Shown here: piece after piece, positions 18,101-24,623 of the stretch | How the letters are laid out: each line of letters begins with the position of its first letter | Numbering within the stretch: position 1 is the first letter of the stretch | From: a bacterium | GTDB lineage: Bacteria > Patescibacteriota > Gracilibacteria > UM-FILTER-43-11 | DNA length: 28,901 nucleotides | Direction: 5' to 3' | Assembly (NCBI GenBank): GCA_030426875.1 | Contig: JAUHXI010000001.1 | Span: 1-28,901 of the forward strand | Notes under the pieces: model-generated | Told to the model about the DNA's origin: nothing | The model's database searches: none | Seen by the model: the letters and a program-made list of their open reading frames with translations, nothing else | Translations under genes and position numbers: made by a program

Positions 18101-20276
18101 GCCCAGCAAATTCAACCAAGACATCGTGTCCATTATCAGTCACTTCAATCAAGTGATTGGGGCTAATACTGACTGTTTTTTCAGGACTGGGACTGTCTAA
18201 AAAGGAATAGACAGCCTGAGTTTTACCCCCCATCAATTGCACCCCACCAAAATAATCCTCCTCCATCACTTTCCCCGCCGGAAACCCCACAAGCGAGGCA
18301 AAAAGCGTTTGAGGGTAAGTACTGGCCCATGTCTCACTGTCCACGCGGGCCATCAGAGCCAGGGAAATCTGAGCCGACTTCAAGTCCTCATGTTGCGCCG
18401 TCACAATGATGTCCGAGGTGTCTTGCCCCGCATTAACCACAATGGTGCCTCGCCCGTTCACCATCTGCACACCTGGGTTTTGTAACGTGGCATAAGGGTC
18501 TGAAGAAGCCGTCAAATCCGCCACAATAAACTCATTAAACGTGTCCACAATAAAGCCAAATTCATCCGCAGCAATCACCTCAATCTCCACCATTTCACCC
18601 ACCACTACGGTCTCATCCGCTGTCCTAAGAATTAGCTGAGAGGCCTCCATTTTACTAGGTTCTATCACATGTTTTTCTCCCTGAATGAACAAATCCTTAC
18701 TCATCAAAGTCACCGTCTGTCGACCAGGAGTCGGAATAAAAGTACTCTGTCCCTTGCCATCCACAAGCGACACCCGACCTTCCTGCACAAAACCTCCATC
18801 CGCTGGGAGCTCTGAACTCAAAACAATCTGATCATTGACACCGGTCACAGGGTTATTATTCTGATCCACCACCGTAACTGTCACCGCAAATTCTGAGCGC
18901 CCATTGGTGATATTTTCAACAGACGACCATTGTAAGCCAAGTGAATCATGGACAGTGATTTCAAACACTTTAGGCGGCATGTCAGCCATGCGAACCGTTA
19001 ATGTTGACGAACCAGCCTTTTCAGGTCTAAAGGTCACCAATTTTTGTCCAGAAAAAATATACGCCTCCGCCTCCGAAAACACACCCAGGTCCGGATCACT
19101 CAGTTCAAAAGTAACTGGGGTATCAATGTAGCCAAACATTTGATTGCCATTCCCATCAAAAGCTGTCACATTGATTTGAGCCTCCTGACCCACAAGCAAT
19201 GCAGTTCGGCTCATGTTAACTTCAAAACCATCTGCTTTGGGCAGCAATTGGTCAAAAATATCTGCCCCATCTTCCACAGTCGTTCCCTGAGGCGGCAAAG
19301 GGGCGGCACTGCACATCTGACTCAAAGCGAACAAGTCATTTGCTGGCAAAATTTCCTCCTCAATCCAACACTGCACCGAATCAAACCATTCCCACACCTC
19401 CACCCCCGATGGATCTCCACAAACATAATTACCACTCCCTGGATTGTTGCCCGGAGTGTTCTGATTTTGCTGCTTTTTTTCTTCCGCCTCCTTCTCTGAT
19501 TCGGTATTGAGGGCCTCCAGCTCCCCCTCCACATCCGTTTCACCACTCTGGGCCAGCATGGCCCGATTGAGTCCAAATTCAAACCCTTGAGCGTCGCCTT
19601 CAGCCACAATATGAAGCACCTCATACCCATCCGGCTGATTTTCTGGAGACTGTGCTGGGTTATAAAACGGCGTGGGCATAAAGCTGTCCCGGTCGGTATA
19701 TTTAGGGATGATTTCCATCAATTTTTGATCCACACTAGAGCTTTTCCAAATCAACGGTTCAATCAATTCAGGATTCTCGACAAAATAATCTTCAAACAAA
19801 GTGGTGTTGGCGCCAGTGACTTGACTGAGCTCCGCCTGCTTCTGATCCACTTTCTCCAAAAAATTGGTGGTGATTTCCTCAAAATTATCCCCCTCCATGC
19901 GAAAGAGGTTCAAATATTTAAAGTCATCCAACTGGCCATTTTTAACAAATGAAATACGCCGCGTCCCATCCGATGGCGTGCTAAAGGTGGTGATTTCAGG
20001 ATAAGTGAATTCGTCAGTATCCGGATCCACACGCGGTTCCCCAAAATGAGTGATCGATTGCAAGGTTTCATTGGTCGGCTCTACTCGAGGGTAAACGCTG
20101 TCAATGAATTGACTGGTCGGCTCCACACTCAGTTCTACCTCAATGTCCAGTAGTGGTACGTAACTCAATGTTTGTTTGCTTTCAATTAGGGTCTTGATTA
20201 CAAACTCGGCTTTTTCTTTGAGGGAAATCTTTCGCCAATCCTCGTCGCGTTCGGCCCCGATCAAAGCGGCGCCCAT
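9168..20276 (-). CDS. Giant cell-surface protein, C-terminal 3702 aa: Ig-like, FG-GAP/VCBS, DUF11, Pro-rich core, 3 SLH, TSP3 repeats; probably the continuation of 20261-22084
   Basis: 11.1-kb open frame. The domains are visible in the translation (see sub-features). There is no signal peptide at its own ATG. Confidence 0.88.
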   Translation of the reverse strand: MGAALIGAERDEDWRKISLKEKAEFVIKTLIESKQTLSYVPLLDIEVELSVEPTSQFIDSVYPRVEPTNETLQSITHFGEPRVDPDTDEFTYPEITTFSTPSDGTRRISFVKNGQLDDFKYLNLFRMEGDNFEEITTNFLEKVDQKQAELSQVTGANTTLFEDYFVENPELIEPLIWKSSSVDQKLMEIIPKYTDRDSFMPTPFYNPAQSPENQPDGYEVLHIVAEGDAQGFEFGLNRAMLAQSGETDVEGELEALNTESEKEAEEKKQQNQNTPGNNPGSGNYVCGDPSGVEVWEWFDSVQCWIEEEILPANDLFALSQMCSAAPLPPQGTTVEDGADIFDQLLPKADGFEVNMSRTALLVGQEAQINVTAFDGNGNQMFGYIDTPVTFELSDPDLGVFSEAEAYIFSGQKLVTFRPEKAGSSTLTVRMADMPPKVFEITVHDSLGLQWSSVENITNGRSEFAVTVTVVDQNNNPVTGVNDQIVLSSELPADGGFVQEGRVSLVDGKGQSTFIPTPGRQTVTLMSKDLFIQGEKHVIEPSKMEASQLILRTADETVVVGEMVEIEVIAADEFGFIVDTFNEFIVADLTASSDPYATLQNPGVQMVNGRGTIVVNAGQDTSDIIVTAQHEDLKSAQISLALMARVDSETWASTYPQTLFASLVGFPAGKVMEEDYFGGVQLMGGKTQAVYSFLDSPSPEKTVSISPNHLIEVTDNGHDVLVEFAGPFMALQAFDQKKMQTLISKTVMLNFDAVEMLPDENLEKGKLYLEMLDSNYEAVENPLGYRISSVLGDDVVNLKKNGLQLLHPDFAWDYVLDPEFDAVELTLNDGTRNIARVILNLEDENLSVENFKEVNPNLQWHSTYSGSSTSGAKGLSFFDSEAEVEESQRAEFYGLEGEHDYLAAFASGTNVGEAVRFNLPTTGILLGDPTIKLETKSNNGLNFNNAVGQQIYEDPEGSQIVSINHFNFNNDEYQDVAALTEDGRVRLLEGGPTEPPFKDRGDIAKLADGGVALEAVDFENDGYEDLLIATEEGRLAILHNREEVMERTDQILNIGKKIYKLLMDDMDQDGFEDLVILDSRGDLFIFYYDAETERFPENGLLIENYGFSLQLDENLNTDVDIRYQNMPEPTDPQEQAQSQIQVSNVPLDEYEGGGEIDDEVALEFYEQLNEEAAAMAEDPYAYAQTGVPKLQWPEGDEIQTYFAPIEGIGGLNVTKSVSNKDRPGQGNVDVEEVLVYEIELNSVSDFGDTVLADTVPDALDFDPNSLTCVQGGCENMEVKLNGTRLFLSELSLFEDQKTIIRYETFVSQTPEADVSIQTIDEPNENLNDPGSIIDEYKDIIVSPPFNNTGQWLIHYSVAERDYDIVQSNTPEPVKPMEQVTGFNEMMAQMEALGGQELDVDDPPEPLKFPGMGEALEEATGNGECYEDPNDPTSCVEAALDDVAQAVEDFSCTGGGCFPMPFNRAFMVPPEMPYPVFAHPTSVPTTVGIQPLPSGFPILFPGAVRVENVEPPYQSFIRVYVAPTITGGIGIATCWGPYPESAVVPPPVFPIPYPPPTGNCMVKALPADDLYGGLCSDIEKGVDQIMDAISSGVTKIESAANSATNNPNIPVDIQPVGPQQGAGGLEVSLAINLGNNLKFEPPVNAYSNIHLKSFDSLGGVLANWVDRQMLEVQNKLLTLPTLSVYLPDTKNLVTLDFERTQQQFESWYNTMDGSAAETHQTMQAIGDQEYVTTIDGEDTFPQILRSGLQDVSGSRALQYRNAIESQASIYNLNALEGLYDVAQTMPMVELTEKPIEFTVPWLSTGEIQAYIVELQNWIIYYEQEYDRVKDMWEAISCQDLPDPENPDGRIENSVNCTGRYLADAFNANYDEVIESAKQNIAVLESYLAFPKELSNYKTQMAGYVGSVSCYMDIIAQMMAGHMATIQQEMITWAEMILTIQEIVKNIKELFDVFTAFETNCDTCTNERFANFGWWSLLGLVLPDIPVIQFPKIPDIVLDLSNIEVALDVELPVLNIRPEPIPLPPLPYVTLPDFPTVDIFLQLPPLPILPELPELPELPDLPPLPVVELPTLPSPPKLPDVGKAFDIILPLIEKILQTWCMIKKSLAPVPEMALNNQISLLTSRPAYLTPFDLLQVQMPNIALFDTGYNELRIETIVYLGIELDVFADPLETAAETWNAWIDEIPIAMEEGYRSYLELTEEQLQEVLQEADDFIDGTATAFENAYEEYVQGWLDKEVGDPLAEADQWARDKEAEWEEWAELNEINTVIDVTYSEWIEDVNNSYDWLRNVKDEDVNAFFDDNRDIIHALNYVMPKNFLMELADRDDAAEYLKEMIDFSADKLDQIDTLGPTVLNRLHACLLYYEDCRANEEKYFGSTQAKLQEVKEDIQIALTELPDNPSDGGFEEAPVLNQEEVLAQQILETPEGQDMVSMFNEIGAAIDEVNEAEWVEYTVLKERFGVPDYQIVLESPAIDKINEMKSELALHAEQLYMEAEATKTANLTDIAGVAPQELVPYELASFNTNEAGQEERVFTSAVEMPGLLDNNFEPLTEEKIVDVDLTPLDEAEYKGNDEQLNPVQNNAGCLADVCLPDPITQKPVPVISNIEFLATSETLFMPNGHIVYSDGTGLYLKRDLTLDDSEENTDNGTPQRFSIEELESRMRIGQVPRDAINMMQTSFTENGAATFNWEAPTHPDFYGYGIELEKVISGYDSDRQDLQMADTRILLLPVNEEGETPDVFVGGVKLEFGTLVTSLDNQQEAVERFGIKPNQTVINASEIHFPTVNDAKIDVSAYSAVYFDQLQGNGYEMQMENGFYHIRMTWFDALARLANYNQSEILAPQLVAGGFEPLDISQDDTVKVPIFTEKTINASDIFVDLGGNYTYYWHIDPENKNTEPQEGEKLIIPPQDELKNIPVSLIASQNLEDPSFEVFEKEFLIEVYAPDVNLSQTRLDEGLIAGDMTPEKVGEDLTNIPFSVFRKRNETWKNVGILHAENESKEPTLPPLSEEDDSYYTITANGDYEIEGFDVLDPSPIIIKDHQGNLIAEILTGNGKIDIFDDNYELVAVAATNETPTRIAVVFKSSQEIMANVYYISSTDEDVAIIQTALNAGNVNDVGTTVGDVEVNDQVVAEPIPAGAPSFAGGAAIFNQENEEVIAMVDKDGAIRLMQPGFDLKLKNAIPNEGNYIFQIMQGQTALFEVFIQADWNEMEIDMDTMMNSLETDFAAEAEAEQTQTPALPSVGDGTDGPQLPSNPFSDLNPGDEFYYEILELYDAEVLIGFDDGTFRSDQEITRAEFVKIALGVTNCFDCQYPTDPQIARYLTNPFPDVELSDWFFYCIWVAKELEMITGYGDGQFRPSQNISRAEASAVLIRQADIPLLTAPDNTFTDVEDYAWYKDYVYTAVEFGLIPEVDGVVNPDEKITRGEFAFMAATLKNFQQCRLVDEDDDGNPDWWEMDNNRDPLRPDAEETCPCIDNPNQQDSDGDGRRDVCDLDIDGDGALNPICVFDSGGDFSQALLEQAGPQLGEPVDNCLFTPNPDQADFDLNGVGDVCEVCPCLDNPNANDTDGDGTKDACDIDIDGDLVNNPMCIFDNSGLLDQSKLIDNEDNCIFDPNSNQLDTDNNGIGDVCQAQDLCPNIPEDLDGVNDVDGCPELSDDFPLKDPGVYVGPGPLCGLIDYKSDFMPGDVFMTAITDLETHSIIFSQSKELTYD
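9343..9975 (-). other. Thrombospondin type-3-like Ca-binding repeats in the giant protein
   Basis: CP..DNPNQ.D.DGDG..D.CD.D.DGD and DNC...PN.DQ.D.D.NG.GD.C repeated; terminal DLCP..PED.DG..D.DGCPE. Confidence 0.85.
10008..10545 (-). other. Three S-layer homology (SLH) domains in the giant protein
   Basis: PFSDL...IGFDDGTFRSDQEITRAEF; PFPDV..DWF...ITGYGDGQFRPSQNISRAEA; TFTDV...AWY...NPDEKITRGEF. Confidence 0.9.
14107..14133. repeat. Three 9-bp tandem units encoding (LPE)n in the Pro-rich core
   Basis: TCTGGCAAC TCTGGCAAC TCTGGCAAT. Confidence 0.8.
16365..16650 (-). other. DUF11 (conserved repeat, Ig-like) domain in the giant protein
   Basis: LNVTKSV.......VDVEEVLVYEIEL......VLADTVPDALDFDPNSL.....L......KTIIRYE. 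Confidence 0.75.
17014..17394 (-). other. FG-GAP/VCBS-type repeats (three visible) in the giant protein
   Basis: FNFNNDEYQDVAAL..DG.V.LL; VDFENDGYEDLLIA..EG.L.IL.N; DDMDQDGFEDLVIL...G.LFIFY. Confidence 0.8.
18360..19230 (-). other. About three invasin/Big_1-like Ig domains in the giant protein
   Basis: Repeated I.VTA.D.NGN, VTVTVVDQNNNP and IEVIAADEFG strands followed by G.V.L..G.G motifs. Confidence 0.6.
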
Positions 20277-22084
20277 GATTCGGTTGGCCCGCTCGGGGAA
20301 AAGTTCGGCGAAGGGGCTTGTAAATTACCATTCAACTCAAGGTAGGCGGTTTCAATCACCGTATCCAAATCTTGCCCGATTTGAATCTGACCCAATTGAC
20401 CTACAGCCGCTCCATTATCAAATTGAGTTTCATCTTGAAGCAAAAAATCCATCCGCTCAAAAGAGCAGCGGTTGGCATCCGAATAAACAACTTCATCTGG
20501 CTCAAGCTCCAAAGAACCATTGATGTCAAAAAGGGATTGAGTGGCTTCATTTACATTACATTTATCTGGACTGGTGCCTTGGTCTTCATCTTCAAATCGA
20601 TTGTTATAAACACACCCTGCTGCGCCAATGTATTCAGATTGTTCCTCTAGTTTCCAATTGTCTTCCCCCTCTTCAGGTGTCAAGAGACTCCTAAACGCAT
20701 TGAACTGATTGGCATTCACCACAACGGAATTGTCTTCCAATGTGCTCACGTTATCATTATGCTCGGTCCCCACTTGAATCCCACACTGAGAAGTCGATTG
20801 GACGGTGTTGATTTCAACACCGTCAATGTAACTATAAAAGTCAAAAAACTCCGTGTTGATTGGAATTTCGGTGATGTCCACAGAGACCTTCAACGCCCCC
20901 TTGGTCACTACTTCCACCGCCCGCTCCGGAGGGGGAATCGCCGTTGTAACAAACTCATCCACCGCTTGTTCTAGCTCCAGCTGACTCCGATGAATCTCAT
21001 GCCGAGCATACTCATCACGCAAGGTGATCAACGACTCAAGCGAATCAACCTGGCCAGCATCCCAACGACCCGTTTGCTCAGCCACTTCATTTAATCCTCC
21101 TCGGTATATTTTTAGCGCATCCGCAAAGTCGAGTGTGTATTGGTCAAAATAAATTTCAGTGTGAATGTCGAACATGTTTTCAATCGTCGACTCGTCCACC
21201 AAAGGATCATCACTGCCCATGTCCTGTTTGACCCGATCCAAAAATTCCACCAACAAATGCTTGTTATAACGTCTAAAGGTCATTTCCTCCATGTAGTCCA
21301 GATAGCGCTGATAACTGTCATAATCCATGGCATTCATCTGAGCCTCCATGTCAGAAAAGTTAGCATACAGCAAACGTTGCTCAAACGTATCGTAGCCATT
21401 TTGACCATTGCTATAGTCATTGTTTTTCTCAAAAAAAGCCGTCAACTCCTCCTCAGCTTCCACAGGGTCTTGGCTAGGGGCTCGAATCACGCCATGCCAC
21501 ACTTCGGGATTGGGCTCGTTCACACCCGAATTTTTTTCAAACTGCTGAGTCTCATGATCATAAATATAGGCCTTACGGTAAAAATCCGTGTAGGGATACA
21601 GGCTGGGCAAAAAATTTCCATCCCCCTCATGAACCACCGGCAAAGGCACTTCTCCAATCGCTATCACCCCTATCAATTGATTGTCATCAGTGGTCACTGC
21701 GTCGTCATTCAAGGGATTGCCATCAATGAGCTCGGTGTCGATGCCTTCAAAATAAAGCTGCTCCAGAATGTTTGAAATCCGATAAGTCGATTCATCTTCA
21801 GCAACTTCCATCACAAAGGCCTTCGAATGGGGGACTCTAGACTGAGCATTCTCCGCATAAGTCATGATTCGAGCGCGCATGGCAAAATCGCTCATCAATT
21901 CCTCTTCGACCAAAATAGCGATGATGCCCAGTTGATCATTAGGGCTGTCATCATCGGCATAAACGTCTGGCACATCAAAAGGAAATTGGCCTGTTTGGTT
22001 TCCCAAAACAACCATGATCAGAAGCCCGGCGATGAGGCGTTTTATTTTTTCGATTTTTTTGTTTATTTTTAGAGCTTTTTTCAA
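20261..22084 (-). CDS. N-terminal part of the giant surface protein, with signal peptide and a possible gingipain/C25-like subdomain; the last 20 codons are probably out of frame
   Basis: TTG 22084 follows AGGAGA and an extended -10. The basic N-terminus plus hydrophobic RLIAGLLIMVVLG forms an export signal. The ORF track start at 22132 overlaps the promoter. Confidence 0.8.
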   Translation of the reverse strand: MKKALKINKKIEKIKRLIAGLLIMVVLGNQTGQFPFDVPDVYADDDSPNDQLGIIAILVEEELMSDFAMRARIMTYAENAQSRVPHSKAFVMEVAEDESTYRISNILEQLYFEGIDTELIDGNPLNDDAVTTDDNQLIGVIAIGEVPLPVVHEGDGNFLPSLYPYTDFYRKAYIYDHETQQFEKNSGVNEPNPEVWHGVIRAPSQDPVEAEEELTAFFEKNNDYSNGQNGYDTFEQRLLYANFSDMEAQMNAMDYDSYQRYLDYMEEMTFRRYNKHLLVEFLDRVKQDMGSDDPLVDESTIENMFDIHTEIYFDQYTLDFADALKIYRGGLNEVAEQTGRWDAGQVDSLESLITLRDEYARHEIHRSQLELEQAVDEFVTTAIPPPERAVEVVTKGALKVSVDITEIPINTEFFDFYSYIDGVEINTVQSTSQCGIQVGTEHNDNVSTLEDNSVVVNANQFNAFRSLLTPEEGEDNWKLEEQSEYIGAAGCVYNNRFEDEDQGTSPDKCNVNEATQSLFDINGSLELEPDEVVYSDANRCSFERMDFLLQDETQFDNGAAVGQLGQIQIGQDLDTVIETAYLELNGNLQAPSPNFSPSGPTESWAPL

Positions 22085-22102
22085 GGAATCTCCTACTGGA
22101 TG

Positions 22103-22111
22103 ATTATAGCA
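22103..22111 (-). promoter_or_regulatory. Extended -10 promoter (TGCTATAAT) for the secreted cluster, followed by an AGGAGA RBS
   Basis: Minus strand: ...tttt TGC TATAAT catccagt AGGAGA ttcc TTG. Confidence 0.7.
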
Positions 22112-22561
22112 AAAAAGGGCACCTAAAAACAACCAGAATTCCTCAAATTTGAGCCAAATGAAGTGATCTTGACTACATTTGAAGTGACAAATTTGTAATT
22201 TGTGTTTTATTGAATATAATGATTGACTTTTTTCGGCTGATTTAATACAAGTGAGTCACCAACCCAGAACAAGTTTATTCGCAAAAATTTTCCGGTAACA
22301 GCATTAAGACTCTTTCATAAAAAGGACATTTTTTTAGAGGACATCATAAATAATGTCATTTTATGCCTTTATTTAAGCTAAGAAAAGGGCAAATTAAGCA
22401 CCTGAAAGGTTACACCTGCCAATATTTTAGATCATGTCAGTCAATTGTTCTCAGCCCATCTTCCAAATGTTGTGGACCACGTGTTTGCCTTTGGTTTTAA
22501 TAAATTAAAGCAAATTTGGTGCTAAAAGATACCATGAGAAGAGCCAGATATCTGTTGATAT

Positions 22562-23248
22562 TTAACGACCAGAAAACTCCAAAGCCGCCTCCTTGGCCCA
22601 ATTTTCTTCAATGAATCCTTTTCGACCGGAGCCTTCAGCGTATTGCTCATAATAATCGGCACTTTTTTTGTAGAAATCTTGATGGAATTCTTCTGCGGGG
22701 AAAAATGTTGTGAAGGGGTCAATCACAGTGGCTATAGGGTCTTCAAACTTTTCCATTTCCTCTAATGACTCCACACTCTCCAAAGCTAAGGCTTGTTGCG
22801 CCTCATCGTGGTAAAAAATAGCGGTTGTGTACTGAAACCCTCGGTCTGCAAATTGACCTGTGGGATCAGTGGGGTCGATTTGGCGCCAGTATGTGTCTAA
22901 AAGGGTCTCGTAACTCACCACCTGCGAGTCATAGCTCACCTGAACTGCCTCTCGATGGCCCGTTGCTCCGCTGCTAACCTCTGCATAATTCGCCCTTGCC
23001 TCAGTGCCCCCAGCGTAACCAGAAATCACTTCAGTCACTCCTTCAAGGGCTTCAAATGAGGGTTCCATGCACCAAAAACAACCTCCTGCAAAGGTTGCAA
23101 TTGAATCGGCTTCATAAGTTTGAAGCGCTTCTACCATGCTTTGCTGAGTCATCTCTTCTTCAGGGAGCTCATTTGATGGGGTGCAACTTGAGATTAAAAA
23201 TGTGGAGACAACAACTGCTAAGGTGAATGCGTGTCGGTTCATCAGCAT
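22562..23248 (-). CDS. msrA: Peptide-methionine (S)-S-oxide reductase MsrA, exported lipoprotein, GCFWC type
   Basis: FAGGCFWCME, SGYAGG, GH.EAVQ, QIDPTD..GQF.DRG.QY, AEEFHQDFY; N-terminal lipobox ...FLISS-C. Confidence 0.93.
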   Translation of the reverse strand: MLMNRHAFTLAVVVSTFLISSCTPSNELPEEEMTQQSMVEALQTYEADSIATFAGGCFWCMEPSFEALEGVTEVISGYAGGTEARANYAEVSSGATGHREAVQVSYDSQVVSYETLLDTYWRQIDPTDPTGQFADRGFQYTTAIFYHDEAQQALALESVESLEEMEKFEDPIATVIDPFTTFFPAEEFHQDFYKKSADYYEQYAEGSGRKGFIEENWAKEAALEFSGR

Positions 23249-23286
23249 GAGGTTGTTTTTTAGTGAGTCGGTTAAATTCTGATTTT

Positions 23287-23315
23287 AGGATAGAACATTC
23301 GACGCAAACCTTCAA
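23287..23315 (-). promoter_or_regulatory. Candidate sigma70 promoter for the lipoprotein msrA (TTGAAG-N17-TATCCT)
   Basis: -35 at 23315-23310, 17-nt spacer, -10 at 23292-23287; about 30 nt of leader before ATG 23248. Confidence 0.45.
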
Positions 23316-23450
23316 GTGGGGGCTTTGAGGCTATCTGATACTAATTTGCAATAGGAAACCAATAATTGACGAATATTGAACAAAGGATTTTATAGTTTAG
23401 AAGTGGCGTATTTAAATAAAAAAAATCTCAAATCTGGAACCCTCTGTTCG

Positions 23451-23939
23451 CTATTTTAAGTAGCTTTCAAAGCGAATGAAGTGACAGGTGTATCCGCCCG
23501 GATTTTTCACCAAATAGTCCTGATGAACCTCTTCAGCCAGCCAAAATTTTTCGAATTTTTCGAGCGAAGTGACAACAGGATCTGACCATCGCCCTGAGTC
23601 ATTCACCACTTCAATAAATGCTTCTGCCGCTTTTTCTTCTTCATCATTCTGATAAAAAATTGCTGACCGATAGCTTGAACCTCGGTCGTTGCCTTGCTGG
23701 TTTAAAGTGGTAGGATCGTGCACTCGAAAAAAGAAATCTAACAGTTGTTTGAAGGATATTTTCTCCGGATCATACTCAATTTTTAAGGTTTCAGCATGAC
23801 CGGGGTGAAAGTCCCACGTAGGATTTTCGTTTTTACCGCCAGTGTATCCCGTTTTGGTATCTTTAACGCCTTCCAAGCCTCTAAAAAGATCTTCCAAGCC
23901 CCAAAAGCAACCGCCAGCGAGATAGGCTTTTTTATTCAT
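23451..23939 (-). CDS. msrA: Peptide-methionine (S)-S-oxide reductase MsrA, cytoplasmic, with a C-terminal resolving Cys
   Basis: LAGGCFWG, TGYTGG, GHAE, HDPTTLNQQGND.GSSYRSAIF, AEE.HQDYL..NP.GYTCH; no signal peptide. Confidence 0.95.
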   Translation of the reverse strand: MNKKAYLAGGCFWGLEDLFRGLEGVKDTKTGYTGGKNENPTWDFHPGHAETLKIEYDPEKISFKQLLDFFFRVHDPTTLNQQGNDRGSSYRSAIFYQNDEEEKAAEAFIEVVNDSGRWSDPVVTSLEKFEKFWLAEEVHQDYLVKNPGGYTCHFIRFESYLK

Positions 23940-24066
23940 TTTGATTTGAGTTATGGTCAGTTGAAATGATTATTATATAATTCTGAAGTCAAAGCAAAAG
24001 ATTGTACTTCTTAGCTTATAATCAGGTAGAATCAGAGTGCATTAAAAATAAAATAAGGTAAAAAAA

Positions 24067-24348
24067 ATGAACCCCATCTACATCGGCTCAACGGGTGCTG
24101 CACTCATTCTGCTAGCTTTCGTTTTAGGTCAATTGCACAAATGGAAAGATACGTATTTTGTCTATGATTTCGTCAATTTGGTGGGATCGGGGCTGCTGAT
24201 TTGGTACGCGATTTTACTCTCGAGTTGGCCTTTTTTGGTTTTGAATGGTGTGTGGGCCCTGGTGTCACTGAGGGATTGTGTGTCAGATTTGAAGCGAAAT
24301 ACAAGAAAGGGGAAGGCACTTGGAGGCTGGGATAAGTGGATGTACTAG
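24067..24348 (+). CDS. CBU_0592-like small membrane protein (three TM helices)
   Basis: IGS.GA.LIL.AF.L.Q......Y..VNLVGS.LL..YA.L..SWPF.VLN.VWA.VS pattern. Confidence 0.75.
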   Translation: MNPIYIGSTGAALILLAFVLGQLHKWKDTYFVYDFVNLVGSGLLIWYAILLSSWPFLVLNGVWALVSLRDCVSDLKRNTRKGKALGGWDKWMY

Positions 24349-24420
24349 CGTTTGATTTGAAATTTATGATGACTGATTTCATATTTTTTTGAGTTATTTT
24401 TAAGGATAAATTTAAATTAA

Positions 24421-24621
24421 ATGGCTTCATATCTTGATAATATGAAAAATATGAAGCAAAGAAATTACATTCAGGCTAGGAATTTGAAAAAAGAAGCGAA
24501 AGAGCGTTTGAAAAATTACAATTCAATTCTCAGTAGAACCCGAAAGGATTATGAAATCTTGAGAAAAAGCAGTGTTTCATGCAACGCTTTCTCAATCAGT
24601 GGTAAACATTCAAAAAAATAA
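24421..24621 (+). CDS. 5' fragment of a putative RelE/BECR-fold nuclease-like gene, ending at an A7 run
   Basis: Ends ...DYEILRKSSVSCNAFSISGKHSKK-TAA. The -1 frame continues directly into 24624-24923. Confidence 0.55.
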   Translation: MASYLDNMKNMKQRNYIQARNLKKEAKERLKNYNSILSRTRKDYEILRKSSVSCNAFSISGKHSKK

Positions 24622-24623
24622 CA

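Noticed and set aside
20261-20263. UGA-to-Gly readthrough (code 25) as the explanation for the split giant gene
   Set aside because: The two ORFs are in different frames, and TGA is a real stop elsewhere in the window.
4428-22072. Dozens of 60-234 aa ORFs overlapping the secreted cluster, mostly on the + strand (e.g. 7751-8455, 8355-9035, 21140-21775)
   Set aside because: They lie opposite or inside long genes with clear domains, have no motifs of their own, and are the expected antisense or alternate-frame shadows.
22085-22132. ORF-track start at 22132 for the 623-aa ORF
   Set aside because: These 16 codons contain the extended -10 and the RBS; TTG 22084 fits better.
22522-22722. 66-aa minus-strand ORF
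   Set aside because: Alternate frame overlapping the 3' end of msrA.
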